From contig NC_008340.1 in NCBI RefSeq assembly GCF_000014785.1, forward strand, positions 1,920,001-1,952,000: DNA of 32,000 nucleotides. Reading direction: 5' to 3'. The DNA is from Alkalilimnicola ehrlichii MLHE-1. GTDB taxonomy: Bacteria > Pseudomonadota > Gammaproteobacteria > Nitrococcales > Halorhodospiraceae. The notes beneath the pieces are model-generated. The model had not been told where the DNA came from. It did not search any database and saw nothing but the letters and a program-made list of their open reading frames with translations. Position numbers and translations under genes: made by a program. Shown here piece after piece: positions 29,236 to 32,000 of this stretch (positions are counted from its first letter, which is position 1; every line of letters starts with the position of its first letter).

Positions 29236-29258
29236 GCGATTGATAATGAGGTTTGACA

Positions 29259-30662
29259 ATGGACAAGGACCATGAAAAGCGCCTGAACCGGCGCAGCTTT
29301 CTGAAGACCGGGGGGCTCCTCAGTGGCGCGGCACTGATGGGCATGGTAGCGCCCGGCGTGCGCACCGGCGCCTGGGCCGGGGGAAGTGACGGCCTGGAAG
29401 TGACCCGGGTAGCCCTGGGGTTCATTCCGCTGACCGATTGCGCCCCCCTGGTCATTGCCCGTGAAAAGGGCTTCTTCCAGGCGCACGGCCTCGACGTGCA
29501 GGTGTCGAAGGAAGCCTCCTGGGCCAACATCCGTGACAAGGTCTCCGTCGGTGCATTGGATGGCGGCCACATGCTGGCGGGCATGCCCATCGCCTCCACC
29601 CTCGGCGTGGGCGCCACCCGCACCCCCATGGTCACCGGCTTCAGCATGGACCTGAACGGCAATGCCATTACGGTCTCGAACGCGCTCTACGACCGCATGA
29701 TGGAGGCCGATCCCGAGGCGATGCAGGAACGCCCCATCACTGCTCGGGCCCTCAAAAAGGTCATCGACCAGGACAAGGCGGCCGGTCGGGCACCACTGAC
29801 CTTCGCAATGGTCTTCCCCGTCTCCACACACAACTACGAGCTGCGCTACTGGATGGCCGCCGCAGGCATCAACCCCGACGAAGATGTCCGGCTGGTGGTC
29901 ATCCCACCACCGCAGATGGTGGCCAACCTGCGGGCCCGGAACATGGATGGCTACTGTGTGGGTGAACCTTGGAACATGCGCGCCGTAGACATGGGGATCG
30001 GCAAGGTGCTGGTCACCAACTATGAGATCTGGAACAACAACCCGGAAAAAGTGCTCGGCCTAACGGAAGAATGGGTTGAGAAACACCCCAATACCCACAG
30101 AGCCTTGCTGCAGGCATTGATCCAGACCAATAAGTGGATGGACGAGCCCGAGAACCGCGAGGAGGTCGTGGACATCATCTCCCGCCGGGCCTACGTCAAC
30201 GCACCACCCCATGTGGTGGGCATGTCTATGAAGGGCACACTGCAGTTCCAGCGGGACGAGAAGCCGCGCCCGTTCCCGGATTTCAACGTCTTCCACCGAT
30301 ATGCCGCCACCTACCCGTGGCGCTCCCACGCCGTCTGGTTCCTGACCCAGATGGTGCGTTGGGGTCAGCTACGCGAGCCGGAGGATCTGCTCAAAGTCGC
30401 CGAGCGGGTCTACCGGCCCGACCTTTATCGTGAGGCCGCCCGTGCCGTGGGCGAGCCCTACCCCACCATCGATTACAAAAGCGAAGGCACGCGGGATAAG
30501 CCTTGGACCCTCCAGGAGGCCAGCCACCCCATTGAGATGGGGCCGGACCGCTTCCTCGATGGCCGCACTTTCGACCCCCGGGATGTCATGGCTTACCTGG
30601 AAGGCTTTGATGTGCACTCCCGGGCCCTGAGCCTGCCGCAACTGGCCGAATTGAACGGCTGA
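29259..30662 (+). CDS. nrtA: Nitrate ABC transporter substrate-binding protein (Tat-type signal)
   Basis: LNRRSFLKTGGLLSGAALMG signal; VTRVALGFIPLTDCAPLVIAREKGFFQAHGLDVQVSKEASWANIRDKVSVGALDGGHMLAGMP...GYCVGEPWNMRAVDMGIGKVLVTNYEIW. ORF annotated from 29253 (TTG); ATG at 29259. Confidence 0.93.
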   Translation: MDKDHEKRLNRRSFLKTGGLLSGAALMGMVAPGVRTGAWAGGSDGLEVTRVALGFIPLTDCAPLVIAREKGFFQAHGLDVQVSKEASWANIRDKVSVGALDGGHMLAGMPIASTLGVGATRTPMVTGFSMDLNGNAITVSNALYDRMMEADPEAMQERPITARALKKVIDQDKAAGRAPLTFAMVFPVSTHNYELRYWMAAAGINPDEDVRLVVIPPPQMVANLRARNMDGYCVGEPWNMRAVDMGIGKVLVTNYEIWNNNPEKVLGLTEEWVEKHPNTHRALLQALIQTNKWMDEPENREEVVDIISRRAYVNAPPHVVGMSMKGTLQFQRDEKPRPFPDFNVFHRYAATYPWRSHAVWFLTQMVRWGQLREPEDLLKVAERVYRPDLYREAARAVGEPYPTIDYKSEGTRDKPWTLQEASHPIEMGPDRFLDGRTFDPRDVMAYLEGFDVHSRALSLPQLAELNG

Positions 30663-30672
30663 GGAGACGCTC

Positions 30673-31608
30673 ATGGTTGCCAACACTTACGATATCAGCG
30701 CCTCTACCGCCGACAGGCGGTCTGAGGAGGCCACCACCAGGCCTTTGGCCCGTTCCGCCGCTGCCGACACACGGCGTCCCACCGCGGACGTAGCACCCGT
30801 AGAATGCCGGCGCTGGGAACAGATGGTCGCAAGCCTGCAAACCGTTACCCGGTTGGTCACGCTACCCACCCTGACCTTCCTGATCGTACTCGCGGTTTGG
30901 GCAACGACCCAGAGCACCGTTGCGCCGGACCTGCCCACCGTGGGCGAAACGTGGCAGCGGGCCGTCACGCTTTTCTCCGACCCCTTTTACGACTATGGCC
31001 CCAACGACATGGGCATCGGCTGGCAGGTGACCTACTCGCTGGGCCGGGTGCTCGGCGGGTTCTTCCTGGCGTTGCTCGTGGGCATTCCAGTCGGGCTGAT
31101 GATGGGCACCAGCGAAGTCTGTCGGCGCGCCTGGGGGCCACTGATCCAGATCCTGCGCCCGGTCAGCCCGCTGGCCTGGCTGCCCATCGGCCTGCTGCTC
31201 TTCCGGGCGGTGGACCCCTCGGCCATCTTTGTGATCTTCATCACCAGCATATGGCCCATCATCCTGAACACCTCCGCGGGCGTACAGGCGATTCCACGGG
31301 ACTACATGAATGTCTCCCGCGTCCTTCAGTTGAACCGCCTCGAGATCACCCGAAAAATCCTGCTGCCGGCGGCACTGCCTCACATGCTCACCGGCATGCG
31401 CCTCTCCCTAGGTATCGCCTGGATGGTCATTGTGGCCGCGGAGATGCTCACCGGTGGGATCGGTATCGGCTTTTTCGTCTGGGACGAGTGGAACAACCTC
31501 AATGTCGCCTCGATTCTCGTGGCCATTCTGGTCATCGGTCTCGTGGGCATTGCCCTGGATACCGTCATGAATCTGGTCCAGCGCCGCCTGGACTACACCC
31601 AGCGCTGA
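30673..31608 (+). CDS. nrtB: Nitrate ABC transporter permease
   Basis: BPD_transp_1 membrane domain: RVLGGFFLALLVGIPVGLMMG...SIWPIILNTSAGVQAIPRDYMNVSRVLQLNRLEITRKILLPAALPHMLTGMRLSLGIAWMVIVAAEML. Confidence 0.92.
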   Translation: MVANTYDISASTADRRSEEATTRPLARSAAADTRRPTADVAPVECRRWEQMVASLQTVTRLVTLPTLTFLIVLAVWATTQSTVAPDLPTVGETWQRAVTLFSDPFYDYGPNDMGIGWQVTYSLGRVLGGFFLALLVGIPVGLMMGTSEVCRRAWGPLIQILRPVSPLAWLPIGLLLFRAVDPSAIFVIFITSIWPIILNTSAGVQAIPRDYMNVSRVLQLNRLEITRKILLPAALPHMLTGMRLSLGIAWMVIVAAEMLTGGIGIGFFVWDEWNNLNVASILVAILVIGLVGIALDTVMNLVQRRLDYTQR

Positions 31609-31625
31609 ACAGGGGAGAAGACATC

Positions 31626-32000
31626 ATGAATAGCTACCTGAGCCTCGAAGGCATCGACATGAGTTTCGACACCCCGCGCGGCAAGTTGGAGGTGTTGCGC
31701 AGCGTCGATCTACGGATTCAGAAAGGGGAGTACACATCGATCATCGGCCATTCCGGCTGCGGCAAATCCACGGTACTGAATATCGTGGCCGGTCTGCTGC
31801 AGGCGACCCGCGGGGGGGTGCTGCTGGACAACCGGGAGGTGAACAGCCCCGCCCCGGACCGCGCGGTGGTATTCCAGAATCACTCGCTGCTCCCCTGGCT
31901 GACGGTCTACGACAACGTGCGCTTGGCCGTGGACAAGGTTTTCGCGACAGATAGCGCCGTCCGGCGCCACGAACGCACCATGGAGAAGCTCGAACTGGTG
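31626..32000 (+). CDS. Nitrate ABC transporter ATP-binding protein (partial, runs off right edge)
   Basis: Own translation from ATG 31626: MNSYLSLEGIDMSFDTPRGKLEVLRSVDLRIQKGEYTSIIGHSGCGKSTVLNIVAGLLQATRGGVLLDNREVNSPAPDRAVVFQNHSLLPWLTVYDNVRLAVDKVF... Walker A GHSGCGKST, Q-loop VFQNHSLLPW. No stop in window, so absent from the ORF track. Confidence 0.88.
   Translation, partial: MNSYLSLEGIDMSFDTPRGKLEVLRSVDLRIQKGEYTSIIGHSGCGKSTVLNIVAGLLQATRGGVLLDNREVNSPAPDRAVVFQNHSLLPWLTVYDNVRLAVDKVFATDSAVRRHERTMEKLELV

Overview
This GC-rich gammaproteobacterial window looks like core metabolism. No mobile element, CRISPR array or defence island is visible. From left to right it contains: (1) the tail of a DmsC-like membrane anchor, then a NapC/NirT-type tetrahaem cytochrome c; (2) a compact same-strand cluster cysG - rhodanese - soxY - soxZ - ccmABCDEFGHI; (3) on the minus strand, a YdcF/SanA-like DUF218 protein and a DacB-type (PBP4) carboxypeptidase; (4) a Rep/UvrD-type helicase on the plus strand; (5) a minus-strand block of an AI-2E/PerM-family transporter, a Cache/HAMP sensor kinase and a sigma54-dependent NtrC-type regulator; (6) cysB (LysR family); (7) a phasin-like protein and serS on the minus strand; (8) an assimilatory nitrate/nitrite locus, nirB-nirD-nasA and nrtA-nrtB-nrtC/D, with the last gene cut by the window edge. 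The most interesting non-coding signal is a duplicated regulatory architecture. Upstream of both nirB and nrtA there is a near-consensus sigma54 (-24/-12) promoter, then a ~125-nt leader of small hairpins (including an ANTAR-type hexaloop A1xxG4), then a shared 14-nt block GGATAAAGGCGTCC leading into a strong rho-independent terminator before the gene. This fits NasR/NasT-type transcription antitermination. No ANTAR protein is encoded in the window. A second point of interest is a divergent SoxYZ pair without soxXAB nearby, in which the SoxY cysteine is the very last residue (...RIGAAGC) instead of lying in the usual GGCGG motif.
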